The translations under genes and the position numbers were made by a program. Below are positions 1 to 9,758 of a stretch of DNA of 64,000 bases, piece after piece. Source of the DNA: Candidatus Nomurabacteria bacterium (GTDB lineage Bacteria; Patescibacteriota; Minisyncoccia; Phycocordibacterales; SBAW01). Position 1 is the first letter of the stretch; each line of letters begins with the position of its first letter. The DNA lies in contig CALQZS010000001.1 in NCBI GenBank assembly GCA_943349945.1, positions 130,803 to 194,802 of the forward strand, read 5' to 3'. The notes under the pieces were generated by a model. That model saw nothing but the letters and a program-made list of their open reading frames with translations, searched no databases and was not told where the DNA came from.

Positions 1-483
1 CTTCCAGCTTACGGTCACCGTTACTGACTGCTCGTCCGTGTTGCTTGCTACAGAAGAAATAGTAACTTTGCGGGTAAAGATGGTTGGCTTAATCGTATCT
101 GTGGAGACCGTGGAGTCGTACGTGTACCAACTTTTTGTTTCGTTGTAGTTAAGTACAGGACACGTGCCGGTGCAAGCTACAATGGTATTTTCCCGAGAGT
201 CTACGCGGCAACCATCCGCCCCTGTGCATCCACCCATACCAGCCAAGTAGTCGAGATCTTTTAGTTTGTTAGTGTCGCGCACAAACCGCATATATTCCAC
301 TGCATCCTGCGCCAAGAAAAATGCGATGGTCTGGTCTTTAGCGATAAGTGCCGAGCTCATGGCCTTGGCCGCAATGGTCAAAGGCGCCGCCAAAGACACC
401 GCCAAAATAAGCACCGCGAGCAGTGTTTCAATAAGAGTGAATCCCCGTGCCGCACGCTCTGTATGTGTGTGATTAGAGATCAT
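1..483 (-). CDS. prepilin-type (pseudo)pilin, 5' complete, 3' truncated by window edge
   Basis: Minus-strand ORF starts at ATG 483..481. It reads MISNHTHTERAARG/FTLIETLLAVLILAV... (class III signal plus hydrophobic helix) and continues in frame to position 1 without a stop. It overlaps the stop of the next pilin by a few nt. Confidence 0.7.
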   Translation of the reverse strand, partial: MISNHTHTERAARGFTLIETLLAVLILAVSLAAPLTIAAKAMSSALIAKDQTIAFFLAQDAVEYMRFVRDTNKLKDLDYLAGMGGCTGADGCRVDSRENTIVACTGTCPVLNYNETKSWYTYDSTVSTDTIKPTIFTRKVTISSVASNTDEQSVTVTVSWK

Positions 484-1078
484 AAATGCGTTGGGTCACA
501 CTTGTTTGTAAATTAAACCACGATCTTTGCGTCGACTTTATCACCACGTACGCCCGTACCAAAATAGTGACCTTGGGTTGCGTGGTGTCAGCCGACGCCG
601 CTTGCTTGGGCTCTGCACCGGTTACATAAAAGCTCAAGTTCTCGACCACAATGTCCGGAGCCGTCAGCGGCAAAAACACCGACGATGCACAGTTGGTACT
701 GAGCGACCCCGGAACACCTGCCTGTATCACTTGCCGCTTTATCGCCCCATCATCAAAACAGTAGGCAACCTTGGCACCATCTGCCGCAACAAACGCTATG
801 TAGGTACCCGGCGTGGTGCCGCTTGCCCCACCCGCACCACAGTCTTTGGGTGTCGCCAGGGTACCTCCGGTGGTGCAGTGGTAGTTAGTGCCGGTGCGCA
901 GTGCGCGCGACATACTGTCGAGCGCGAAGCTCACGTTGTTTATAGATGCATTCAGCAAGTCGGCTTTGCGATTTGCTTCAGAGAGCGAGAGTAGGGCGCC
1001 CAGTGCAATAACCATCACCACAGTAAACACTGCGGTCGACACCAAAAGTTCTATCAAAGTAAATCCGCGTTTTATCAT
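473..1078 (-). CDS. type IV pilin / pseudopilin
   Basis: N-terminus [30 protein letters not shown]: prepilin cleavage/methylation motif (G|FTLIEL) followed by a hydrophobic alpha-1 helix. Confidence 0.85.
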   Translation of the reverse strand: MIKRGFTLIELLVSTAVFTVVMVIALGALLSLSEANRKADLLNASINNVSFALDSMSRALRTGTNYHCTTGGTLATPKDCGAGGASGTTPGTYIAFVAADGAKVAYCFDDGAIKRQVIQAGVPGSLSTNCASSVFLPLTAPDIVVENLSFYVTGAEPKQAASADTTQPKVTILVRAYVVIKSTQRSWFNLQTSVTQRIYDL

Positions 1079-1722
1079 ATAGGGTCGGTATTAGGCGCCA
1101 ACACACTCACCTGGCCTGTTGCATACACAAGTACGTTGCGGTAGGTGCCTTCATTGGAGCGTATCTGAATATATGCGCTTGCATACAACTCGCCAGGGAA
1201 TGCGCTTCCTCCTGCATTGAGCAGCAAAAACTGTGCATCAGGATTGGGACGTTTAAACAAAATCTGGAGCGACCCCACAGCACTGTCACCCGGCGAGCAG
1301 TGGTAGTTTGAGGCAAGTCGAGCGCACAACTTGCTGATGCGGTAGTTGTTGCCCAACGAAAATACTTTTATCTCTTCGCCCGCATCGTATCTGCCGTTTA
1401 CGGGAGCTTGGTCGGCAAACAGTGTGTAGTAGTCATTATCAGTTGCAGAAAAATGTACGCCGTATGCAGGGGCAAACGCGGTGTCGCTTGCGCCGGTACC
1501 CAGCACACTAGTGCCGTACACTTGCGCTTGCCGCACCGACAACGCGGTGCTGTAGGCCAAGCTGCGCAAAATGGTGGCACTATCAAACCGCGACTGCTGG
1601 AACAAAAACACCGCAGTCAAAATCATAATGATTGCCGCGACCACAAGCATCTCTATCAAGGTGAATCCGGCACAGACGGCGCGTTTACCAAAGAAGCGAG
1701 ATTGTTGAGAAGAAATTAACAT
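1075..1722 (-). CDS. type IV pilin / pseudopilin
   Basis: Internal Met at aa 120 of the 334-aa ORF gives MLISSQQSRFFGKRAVCAG/FTLIEMLVVAAIIMILTAV. The upstream 119 aa are Cys/Arg-rich and overlap pilD, so they are rejected as coding. Confidence 0.75.
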   Translation of the reverse strand: MLISSQQSRFFGKRAVCAGFTLIEMLVVAAIIMILTAVFLFQQSRFDSATILRSLAYSTALSVRQAQVYGTSVLGTGASDTAFAPAYGVHFSATDNDYYTLFADQAPVNGRYDAGEEIKVFSLGNNYRISKLCARLASNYHCSPGDSAVGSLQILFKRPNPDAQFLLLNAGGSAFPGELYASAYIQIRSNEGTYRNVLVYATGQVSVLAPNTDPI

Positions 1723-2503
1723 TGAAAAAATATACGAGCGCCGCACCAGCAGCCAAGAACGGTGCAAACGGTATCTCGCTCTTAATTGTAAGCTGCCCGC
1801 CAGGCAAATGAAAGGCTTTTTGTAGCCACACTGTGGAAGAGTGTTTGCTCTGTGCCAAACGCTGCAACGCCATGAGTAACAGTCCAGCAGCAGCCCCAAA
1901 CCACACCGCAAGCATGAGCGCAGTGAGCCCCATAGACAACCCAAGCAGCCAGCCCAAAGACAATTCAAACGCACTGTCCCCCCACCCCATCCACGTGCCG
2001 CGCGATACCAGCGAAAGCAGGAACAGGGGCAAAGCCAACAAAGGCCCGGCAAGCAGCGCCCACATGTCCGGCGCACCACCTACAAACAAAGACACGAACG
2101 CGACACCCATAAGCGTGAGCGAGAAGGTCCACGGTATTATGGTGTGCCGCAAATCATACACGCCAATAAACAGTATGGTGAGCCACGCAAACAAGAACAG
2201 CGTGTACAACCCTGGAGTCGGCGAGACGAAGTACACACCAACAGACAGTAGTGCGGCACACACTTCAACAAGCGGGTACTGAGGCGACAACTTTGCCCCG
2301 CAGTAGCGGCACTTGCCGCCAAGCCACACATACGAGAGCACCGGCACCAAGTCTTTGGCTGCAAGCGTATGCCCACAGCACATACACCGAGACCGTCCGC
2401 CCATGCCGCGGCCCGTGTTAAAGCGGAAAGACAGGGCGTTTAAAAAACTCCCCAGTATGGCGCCAAGTACCGCTGCCGCCACTACCAACAATGGGTCATG
2501 CAT
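1685..2503 (-). CDS. pilD: prepilin peptidase (A24 family, PilD-like)
   Basis: N-terminal tetracysteine (CMCCGH...CRYCG), multi-TM, and a conserved FIGVYDLRHTIIPW block typical of prepilin peptidases. It sits among pilin genes. Confidence 0.85.
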   Translation of the reverse strand: MHDPLLVVAAAVLGAILGSFLNALSFRFNTGRGMGGRSRCMCCGHTLAAKDLVPVLSYVWLGGKCRYCGAKLSPQYPLVEVCAALLSVGVYFVSPTPGLYTLFLFAWLTILFIGVYDLRHTIIPWTFSLTLMGVAFVSLFVGGAPDMWALLAGPLLALPLFLLSLVSRGTWMGWGDSAFELSLGWLLGLSMGLTALMLAVWFGAAAGLLLMALQRLAQSKHSSTVWLQKAFHLPGGQLTIKSEIPFAPFLAAGAALVYFFNVNFFSTISLLW

Positions 2504-2511
2504 ACTAGTGG

Positions 2512-3120
2512 CTAGTTGGTTACGTCGTAGCAGGTCTCGGGATTAGTGGTGCCTGGTGCTGCTGCGCCCGCAGCACCCGAACACATCTTAGGCGTAGCGG
2601 TGTAGCTCAAGCCAGAAAAGTCGCTGTTTACGCTAGTCGAGCATTGCGAGTATGCAACACCGCCCACGGTTGGGTTTGCAGCCTGGTCGGCATCTTGCAG
2701 GAGACTCGCATTGTTAGACAACTCAAGCGAGGCGCCAAGGTGGTACCTGTCGGACAAAGAACAAGAGCCCCCCGCAGGAGAAAGCGCCGCATATATATAG
2801 CAACTTACTTGTGTACCGCTGGTACAAGCGGCACTACTGTTTGGGTCGCTAGGTACTGTAGCTAGATATACTGATGTTTTGTTGAGCGAGCCGTTGGCCG
2901 TGCCATATACGCTAGTTGGGTACGACAAGTTGTCGCTATAGTACGTCTCGAGCGCAAGCTGAATTGTTTTCACATCCACAATACGTCGCGCGTCGCGCGC
3001 CTTTTGTCGTGCAGTCACCAAAGACACCATCACCACCGAAGACAAGATGCCGATAATAGCAATTACCACCAGGAGCTCTATAAGAGTAAAACCTCTTTGC
3101 TTTTTTATACGCATATACAT
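2512..3120 (-). CDS. type IV pilin
   Basis: Start [30 protein letters not shown]. The ORF track begins 22 aa earlier without a plausible signal. Confidence 0.8.
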   Translation of the reverse strand: MYMRIKKQRGFTLIELLVVIAIIGILSSVVMVSLVTARQKARDARRIVDVKTIQLALETYYSDNLSYPTSVYGTANGSLNKTSVYLATVPSDPNSSAACTSGTQVSCYIYAALSPAGGSCSLSDRYHLGASLELSNNASLLQDADQAANPTVGGVAYSQCSTSVNSDFSGLSYTATPKMCSGAAGAAAPGTTNPETCYDVTN

Positions 3121-3195
3121 ACCCACAAGTATACCCCCAAAATCAAAATCCCCACCGCAAGGGTGGGGATTTTGCATACACAAGAGTGCGAGTGC

Positions 3196-3723
3196 TTAGC
3201 AGCCAGCAACTACGCTGCCGCCAGTGCCGCTACTGACATGTACTGAGCCAAAAGTTGCTGCAGTACCTCCGTAAGTAACGTTACCTGCCTCTAGCACTGT
3301 GCAGATTTTGTAGTTTTGGGTTGTTGCACCTGCTGCAGGCGCTGCACCTACCGCTGTGTCTGTACCTATAACGTACTGACATGCTGCTGATGCAACTGCG
3401 CTACTTGCCGCTGGTGCACATGCTGTACCTGCTGTACCTACTGTTGGGTCTCCATATGCAGAGAAGCTTACAGGACTTGGGCCAGTACAGGTGTTTGCTT
3501 TTGCACTTGCGCCTGTGCAGGTTGCCAAGGCAACTGCGGGGTCAGTGTCGGCAAGCTGTATTGCCTTTGCCATTTCTTTAAGTGACGAGACGCGTTCTGC
3601 ATCACGTGCCTTGCCGCGAGCACTATTAAGAGAAACCAGCACAATAGATGCCAAGATACCGATGATGGCGATAACCACCAAGAGTTCTATAAGGGTGAAA
3701 CCTTTCGTAAACGTTTTGCGCAT
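3196..3723 (-). CDS. type IV pilin (Ala/Gly/Thr-rich C-terminal domain)
   Basis: [28 protein letters not shown] prepilin motif. Confidence 0.85.
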   Translation of the reverse strand: MRKTFTKGFTLIELLVVIAIIGILASIVLVSLNSARGKARDAERVSSLKEMAKAIQLADTDPAVALATCTGASAKANTCTGPSPVSFSAYGDPTVGTAGTACAPAASSAVASAACQYVIGTDTAVGAAPAAGATTQNYKICTVLEAGNVTYGGTAATFGSVHVSSGTGGSVVAGC

Positions 3724-3828
3724 AGAAATCTTCTATTTATTAATAATCTGCCATTAATAGTGACTCGCAGATATGCCGTAAGTATATCCTACCCCGCTTT
3801 GCCGCCAGGCCGCTTGTGTGGATAAGCC

Positions 3829-3872
3829 CACCCGCGGGTTAAACCCGCAGGTGGAATGTGTGGTGTAATATA
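3829..3872. repeat. REP-like ~45-nt repeat with palindromic core (acccgcgggt taa acccgcaggt), upstream copy
   Basis: Direct repeat of 4574..4618 (cacctgcgggttaaaccagcaggtgaaatgtgtggtgtaatatat), about 85% identical. Together they bracket the RAYT gene. Confidence 0.7.
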
Positions 3873-4556
3873 CTTATGTCAAATCGGGCACCCATAGCCA
3901 CGGGCGAGTGGTACCATTGCTACACTCGCGGAGTGGACAAGCGTATCGTCTTTGAAACCCGATCTGACTATGAGCGTTTCTTGGCATACCTTTATATAGG
4001 AAACGGTACCAACCTGCTCCGTCTTTCAAACATACAAGACAAGCGTTTGGTGTCCGTACTCACCAATACACGTCTGCAGCGCGGAGAGCCCTTGGTCGAC
4101 ATAGGCGCATACACCCTTATGCCTAATCATGCGCATTTTATATTACGACAAACACACGACCAGGGCATCGCCACCTTTATGCAGCGAGTTTTTACTGGAT
4201 ATACACAATACTTCAACAACAAACACGAACGGACGGGAGCGCTCTTTTCAGGAACATACAAGTCGAAACACATACTGGACGACCGCTATCTAAAGCAAGT
4301 AACTGCCTATGTATTGCTAAACCCGGTGGAATTATTTGAACCCGCATGGAAAGAAGGAGTGGGCAACTTGAACCACATCGAAAAACAGGTTCGCACCTAT
4401 CCTTATTCTAGTCTCGTTGATTTTTATGGGTCACAGCGCCCAGAAAGCAGTATCACGACAAACACGCTGCACGCGTACTATGATCAGCGTCCTAGCCTTA
4501 CAGACATGCTTGCGGACGCGCAGGCATTTTATAGAGAACACGAGCCTAAAGCTTGA
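3858..4556 (+). mobile_element. IS200/IS605-like Y1 (HuH) transposase, REP-associated tyrosine transposase (RAYT)-like
   Basis: WYHCYTRG...LMPNHAHFIL (HuH motif) ...SGTYKSKHI (catalytic Tyr region), inserted on the opposite strand between pilC and the pilins. The first ATG lies inside the repeat, so an alternative start at 3876 (MSNRAP) is possible. Confidence 0.8.
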
Positions 4557-4573
4557 AACACCGCCCGCTCCCC

Positions 4574-4618
4574 CACCTGCGGGTTAAACCAGCAGGTGAA
4601 ATGTGTGGTGTAATATAT
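4574..4618. repeat. REP-like repeat, downstream copy
   Basis: See 3829..3872. Stem cacctgc/gcaggtg with loop gggttaaacca. Confidence 0.7.
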
Positions 4619-4655
4619 TTTGAGAAGTAAAAAGGGAGGGGTTGTTTGTGTTGTG

Positions 4656-5870
4656 CTAGATGCTGGTGGTGCTGCTGTAGATAGGGAGCAAGACTGCCGC
4701 CAACAAAAAGCCCACACCCACCGCAAGCGCCACAATAAGCACAGGTTCGATGAGCGACACCAAAGTGTCGACCGCTGCATTTACCTCGCGGTTATAGAAC
4801 TTGGCCATACGCTCCAAAATGTTGCCCAACTCGCCTGTTTCTTCACCGATCTGGAGCATCTGCACCATAATGGCTGGTATTTCGTCTGGATATTGCGCAA
4901 GCGTCTGCGACATAGGACTACCGGCCTTCACTCCTTCGAGCGCTTCGAGCAAAATGGTTTGGTAGACTGCGTTTTCTATAACTGACGAAGTGATTTCGAG
5001 TGAGCGTACTGCCGATATACCGGAAGACAACATCACATGCATGTTGTCTGCAAAGCGAGACAGGTAGAGTTTTTGGTAGAGTGTGCCCACGTACGGAATA
5101 GAGAGCTTTGCACGCGCCATACTAAGTCGTCCACGCGGCGTCTGGCTGTAGCGATACAAAAAGTATCCGCCGATAATAAGCGCCACGAACAAGAATATGC
5201 CATAGTCGGTCAAAAACGCACTAAAGCCAAGTATGACTTTGGTGTATACGGGCAACTCCTGCCCACTTTCCGACAAAATAGAACCTATTTTTGGAATAAC
5301 CACCGTAAGCATCAGCGTCATCACCGCAAAGAAAGTAAAGAGAATGAACGCCGGGTAGATGAGCGCATTGCGAGCCTTGGAAGTCAGCTCGTAGGAGCGG
5401 TCTATGTAGTCGGCCAAAAATTGGAAGGTCTGGTCGAGCTTGCCGGACTCCTCGCCTGCACGAACCATGTTGACATAAAAGTCAGAAAAAACTTTAGGGT
5501 GCTTTACCAGCGCTTTGGAGATGCTGTTACCCGCCTGCAAGTCGTCGCTTATTTCGGTAAGAACCGTGCGCAAGTAGGGCTTTTCTGCCTGCTCGGCCAA
5601 CAAACGGAAAATACGCAGTGCAGAAACTTGCGCCTCGAACAAGGTCGCCAACTGGCGAGAAAGGAGCACCACATCGCGGCCAGTTACGCCGCCAAAAAAT
5701 GGCAGCTGCACGGTCAAACCATGTAGTCCTTTTGGCGCATCGCTGGTGAGCGCCGTGATGGTAAATCCTTTGCGCTGCAGCGACTCAATAGCCGCGTCTT
5801 GTGTGGCAGCGTTTACTACACCGGCTTGTGCCTTTCCTGCTTGGTCGAGTGCTTCGTATTTAAATTCCAT
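4656..5870 (-). CDS. pilC: type IV pilus assembly platform protein PilC (GspF family)
   Basis: 404 aa with two GspF-type repeats and multiple TM segments. Adjacent to pilT/pilB. Confidence 0.85.
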   Translation of the reverse strand: MEFKYEALDQAGKAQAGVVNAATQDAAIESLQRKGFTITALTSDAPKGLHGLTVQLPFFGGVTGRDVVLLSRQLATLFEAQVSALRIFRLLAEQAEKPYLRTVLTEISDDLQAGNSISKALVKHPKVFSDFYVNMVRAGEESGKLDQTFQFLADYIDRSYELTSKARNALIYPAFILFTFFAVMTLMLTVVIPKIGSILSESGQELPVYTKVILGFSAFLTDYGIFLFVALIIGGYFLYRYSQTPRGRLSMARAKLSIPYVGTLYQKLYLSRFADNMHVMLSSGISAVRSLEITSSVIENAVYQTILLEALEGVKAGSPMSQTLAQYPDEIPAIMVQMLQIGEETGELGNILERMAKFYNREVNAAVDTLVSLIEPVLIVALAVGVGFLLAAVLLPIYSSTTSI

Positions 5871-5907
5871 AAATCTGTGCTAAGTGAGTGAAATAAACAT
5901 GCTTCGA

Positions 5908-6975
5908 TTATAACAGCCGCTCAAGGGTCTTTGGATTCCAACTAAGGTTGTATGCGCTCTCGACTGTTATCTCGCCTGCACGCACAAGTTCTGCAAGAGA
6001 GCGGTTCATGTCTATCATACCCTCTTCGGCACCGGTCTCTATCACCGTCTGGAGTTCGTGCGTGCGCTTTTCTCGGATAAGGTTGGCGACTGCGTTGTTG
6101 TTTATAAGCAGCTCGCACGCAGGCACCAGCCCGCCAGAAATGCGCGGCACCAAACGCTGCGAAAAGATACCTGCCAACGACCCCGCCAGCTGGATACGAA
6201 TTTGGTCTTGTTGCCCCGCGGGGAACGAGTCGATGATGCGGTCGATGGTTTGTGCTGCGTTGTTGGTGTGGAGTGTTGAAAACACCAAGTGCCCCGTCTC
6301 GGCGGCAGTTACGGCTGTGGCCATGGTCTCGGGCGTGCGCATCTCACCTATCATCAACACGTTTGCATCCTGACGAAACACCGAGCGCAGCGCCGAGTCA
6401 AAGTCGGCCGTGTCCACACGAACCTCGCGCTGGTCTATGAGTGACTTTTTATTTTCGAACAAGTATTCAATAGGGTCTTCTATGGTGACAATATGCTCGG
6501 TACGTTCGGTGTTTATCTTCTCGAGCAATGCAGCAAGTGTCGTAGTTTTACCCATACCCACCGGCCCCACCACCAAAAAGAACCCCTGTTTGCGTGACGC
6601 AAACGTCTCCAAAATTGGAGGCAACCCAAGCTCGCTGAGCGAGCGTATTACCTTGGGGATAAGACGCAGCGCCACGGCGACGTGCCCGCGCTCGACAAAC
6701 CCGTTGCCACGGAAGCGCGTTTTTTCTTGGTGCGAGTAGGAAAAGTCTATTTCTTGTGTCTCTAAAAAGCGTTTTTTGTGCTCGGGGCTCAACATCTCCG
6801 ATAACAGGCCGATAATTTCGTCGTTCGTTAAGACCGACTCAGACAAAATAGGTGTCAGCGCACCCGACACACGTATGATGGGTTGTGCACCCACAGACAA
6901 GTGCAAGTCCGAAGCACCTTGCGCGACCAACAAATCAACCAACTCTGCTACTTTCTTTTTAAAATCAGTTATCAT
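5908..6975 (-). CDS. pilT: twitching-motility retraction ATPase PilT
   Basis: Walker A GPVGMGKTTT, Asp box, His box (FSTLHTNNAAQTIDRI). 355 aa, lacking the N-terminal domain of PilB. Confidence 0.9.
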   Translation of the reverse strand: MITDFKKKVAELVDLLVAQGASDLHLSVGAQPIIRVSGALTPILSESVLTNDEIIGLLSEMLSPEHKKRFLETQEIDFSYSHQEKTRFRGNGFVERGHVAVALRLIPKVIRSLSELGLPPILETFASRKQGFFLVVGPVGMGKTTTLAALLEKINTERTEHIVTIEDPIEYLFENKKSLIDQREVRVDTADFDSALRSVFRQDANVLMIGEMRTPETMATAVTAAETGHLVFSTLHTNNAAQTIDRIIDSFPAGQQDQIRIQLAGSLAGIFSQRLVPRISGGLVPACELLINNNAVANLIREKRTHELQTVIETGAEEGMIDMNRSLAELVRAGEITVESAYNLSWNPKTLERLL

Positions 6976-8846
6976 ACTTGGACTTCTTTTACATTTTCAT
7001 CAGGGATATCTTCTTCTCTTAGTGCTTCTGGCTTGGCGACAGGTTGTTCCAGTGGCGGAGCTTCATCTGCCAAGTCGTACTCGCCGCCGAGTGTGTTCAC
7101 TTCTTCAAACGGAATAACCCCTTTGGCTGATTTTATAATAGCATCTTCTTTCATTGTAAACATGCCACTTTTGCGCACTGTTGCGAACATCTCTTCTTCG
7201 GGTTTGTTGGCAAGTATGGCACGCTCAAGTTCTGGATTCATCTCAAATGCCTCAAACACCGCAATACGGCCCTTGGTACCCGTTGGGCAGTCGGCTGTAG
7301 GGTTTAGGCGATACACTTCGTCTAGTGGAGGAATATTTTTTTCGTATGCAGGAGGTAAGTCGGCAAACTCTTTTTTAAACATCTCTTGCATACTGGCATC
7401 GACCTTCATCTTTTTGCCACCGCCCGGGCACAAGGTGCGCACCAAACGCTGCGCCATGCCCAAAATAAGCACCGGAGGTATAAGGTAGGGCTCGATACCC
7501 ATGTCGAGCAAGCGAGGCACAATACCCACAGCGTTGTTGGTGTGGATGGTAGACAACACAAGGTGGCCGGTGAGCGCGGCTTGCACAGCCAAGTCTGCTG
7601 TCTCACTGTCGCGGATCTCGCCGACCATGATGATGTTTGGGTCTTGGCGGAGTGTAGTGCGGAGCCCTGTGGCAAACGTGTAGCCAATTTCGGGCCGCAC
7701 CTGACTTTGCGACACGCCGGGTATGGTGTATTCCACCGGGTCTTCAAGCGACAGCACGTTCTGCCTTTCTCGGTCTATCTCGTTCAAAATCGCATAGAGT
7801 GTGGTGGATTTACCCGAACCGGTTGGCCCCGACACCAGCACGAGCCCGTAGGGTTTTTTAATTGCTGCGCGTATAAGCGCCAAGTCGCGGTCAGAAAACC
7901 CAAGACTGTCCAACCGCAGGTCCTTTGCGGCCGAACCCAAAATACGCATCACCACCTTTTCGCCATAGTACGTGGGGAATGTGGATACACGGAAGTCTAC
8001 TTTGTTGCCGCCCACCCGGGCAGAAAAGCGGCCGTCTTGCGGTTTGCGTTTTTCGTCGAGTCGCATGTTGGAAAGCACCTTAATACGTGCCACCACCGAG
8101 CTGTGTACCTTGGACGGCAAGGTGATGTTGACTATGAGCACACCGTCGATACGAAACCGCACCCGTGTTTGGTCGACCATAGGCTCAATGTGGATGTCGG
8201 ACGCGCGCTGCTCGGCAGCATGGCGCAGCACCGTAGCCACAATCTTGGTTACCGGTGCGTCTTCGGTAATAGCGGCAGCTTCGGTGTCGGTTATCTGGTC
8301 TTCTTCGACCGATATGTTGCGTTTGTCATTCTTTCCCAGCTTCTTAGCGTCTACTCCTATTTCTGTCTCTAGCTCGCTCAGTGCTTTGCCCACTTCGCCC
8401 GAGAGACCTTTGTACTGTGTGAGCAGTTTTTCGAAGTCGGTTTCGTTTATCAAAAAAACTTTGTACGGCATGCCCACCTTGGCCGAAATAAAAGACAAGG
8501 CGTCCCGCGCCTCCAAGTTGTCTGGGTCGGTGACCCCAACCTCAAGCACGCCGTCGGCGAGCCCCAAAGGGGCGAGCCTGTAGTGCCGCGCCGACTCCTC
8601 GGGTATGTAGCCCAAAATATCAAACGGCACCGACCTGTCGCCCAACTCGCGCGTCGGCACACCAAAATAGTCTCCCTTGGCTTTAAGCAGCGCCGCCGGG
8701 GTAATACCCGCAGTTTCAAGCGCCAACTCTGTCTTAGCCGGAGAGTCCCCTGCCGCGGTTTTTGACTTACTTAAAGTGGCGCGCAGCTCGGTAGCCCGAG
8801 CTTTGTCCACGACGCCGCCTTCTTCCAAAACAGTTACCAGATCCAT
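6972..8846 (-). CDS. pilB: type IV pilus assembly ATPase PilB (GspE family)
   Basis: 624 aa. N-terminal GSPII_E_N-like region, Walker A GPTGSGKSTT, tetracysteine region (LCPGGGKK...ADCPTG), TGHLVLSTIHTNNA. Confidence 0.9.
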   Translation of the reverse strand: MDLVTVLEEGGVVDKARATELRATLSKSKTAAGDSPAKTELALETAGITPAALLKAKGDYFGVPTRELGDRSVPFDILGYIPEESARHYRLAPLGLADGVLEVGVTDPDNLEARDALSFISAKVGMPYKVFLINETDFEKLLTQYKGLSGEVGKALSELETEIGVDAKKLGKNDKRNISVEEDQITDTEAAAITEDAPVTKIVATVLRHAAEQRASDIHIEPMVDQTRVRFRIDGVLIVNITLPSKVHSSVVARIKVLSNMRLDEKRKPQDGRFSARVGGNKVDFRVSTFPTYYGEKVVMRILGSAAKDLRLDSLGFSDRDLALIRAAIKKPYGLVLVSGPTGSGKSTTLYAILNEIDRERQNVLSLEDPVEYTIPGVSQSQVRPEIGYTFATGLRTTLRQDPNIIMVGEIRDSETADLAVQAALTGHLVLSTIHTNNAVGIVPRLLDMGIEPYLIPPVLILGMAQRLVRTLCPGGGKKMKVDASMQEMFKKEFADLPPAYEKNIPPLDEVYRLNPTADCPTGTKGRIAVFEAFEMNPELERAILANKPEEEMFATVRKSGMFTMKEDAIIKSAKGVIPFEEVNTLGGEYDLADEAPPLEQPVAKPEALREEDIPDENVKEVQV

Positions 8847-8852
8847 AGGCGG

Positions 8853-9197
8853 CTAGTAGGCGTTAAGTGGCCGTATTGAAGAATTTGTTGGACCAACTGC
8901 CGTGTACGGCAAGAATGGATTTCGACGACCAATAGGCTCTTGCGGGATAACTACACCAAAGTCGCTCAAAGACATAAAGATTGGGTCTCTAAAAATGGCA
9001 TCATTGAGCTCTATAGAGCGCAAGTTCGACAGTGTAACCAGCAGCTCTTGCGTAACCGGTGATGCTCCGGTTACATCTGTCTCGGTCAAAAGCGAGTCTG
9101 TGCTGCTTGCGGCAAATACAAAGTAGTAGAGCAACACCCCAAGCCCCAGCACCGCTGCGCCTGAAAGTAGTTTGTTTTGTTTGATAAAATCAATCAT
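8853..9197 (-). CDS. small membrane-anchored hypothetical protein in the pilMNO operon (possible PilP-like)
   Basis: N-terminal TM (LLSGAAVLGLGVLLYYFVFAA). Call is by position only. Confidence 0.4.
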   Translation of the reverse strand: MIDFIKQNKLLSGAAVLGLGVLLYYFVFAASSTDSLLTETDVTGASPVTQELLVTLSNLRSIELNDAIFRDPIFMSLSDFGVVIPQEPIGRRNPFLPYTAVGPTNSSIRPLNAY

Positions 9198-9200
9198 ATA

Positions 9201-9752
9201 TTACTGTAGCCAATAGGTACGGATAGTAAATTCATAGCTATTGCGTATAGCGCTCTCTGCACTAAAGTTTACCTCTATCACATCCACGATGCGCAAACTG
9301 TGCTCGAGGTCTTGCAAAAATGCCAGGTAACCGTCGTAGTCTGCAAGCAAGGTAAAGCCCACTTCCACCGAGCCAATTGGATCCCCTGAAGATCCAACGG
9401 CGCCGTCTGCACGCGGTGCGCTGCGGTCTGATATCTCGCCAAGCGACACGTCGGTCAAGGTTAGGTTGTGTCGCACGGCAATGTTGTTGATGTCTATGAT
9501 GAGTCGGATGTTGTCGACGTTGTCGGGCAGCATGCGTTCAAGCTTGACCACATCGCTGTTGGCAAAGGCATTACGCTTTTGGAGCAAGGTGTCACGTACC
9601 GTCCGCAGCTCTTGCGCTTTGACCAGCGCGTCTTCATACGCGTCCGCCTGCACCGCCAAAGGCTGTGTGCTTTTGTACACCGGGTTGGTATACATCACAA
9701 AGAGGCCTATAGCGGCTATGACGAGTATGAGAGGTATAAAAAATCGTGCCAT
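9201..9752 (-). CDS. pilO: PilO-like pilus assembly protein
   Basis: N-terminal TM, coiled-coil region, then a C-terminal domain. Third gene after pilM. Confidence 0.55.
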   Translation of the reverse strand: MARFFIPLILVIAAIGLFVMYTNPVYKSTQPLAVQADAYEDALVKAQELRTVRDTLLQKRNAFANSDVVKLERMLPDNVDNIRLIIDINNIAVRHNLTLTDVSLGEISDRSAPRADGAVGSSGDPIGSVEVGFTLLADYDGYLAFLQDLEHSLRIVDVIEVNFSAESAIRNSYEFTIRTYWLQ

Positions 9753-9758
9753 ATAATT

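Noticed and set aside
1075-2079. 334-aa ORF with 119-aa Cys/Arg/Trp-rich N-terminal extension
   Set aside because: The extension overlaps pilD in another frame and has low-complexity composition. An internal Met gives a standard prepilin leader, so only 1075-1722 is retained.
7386-8372. 328-aa plus-strand ORF
   Set aside because: Antisense to pilB.
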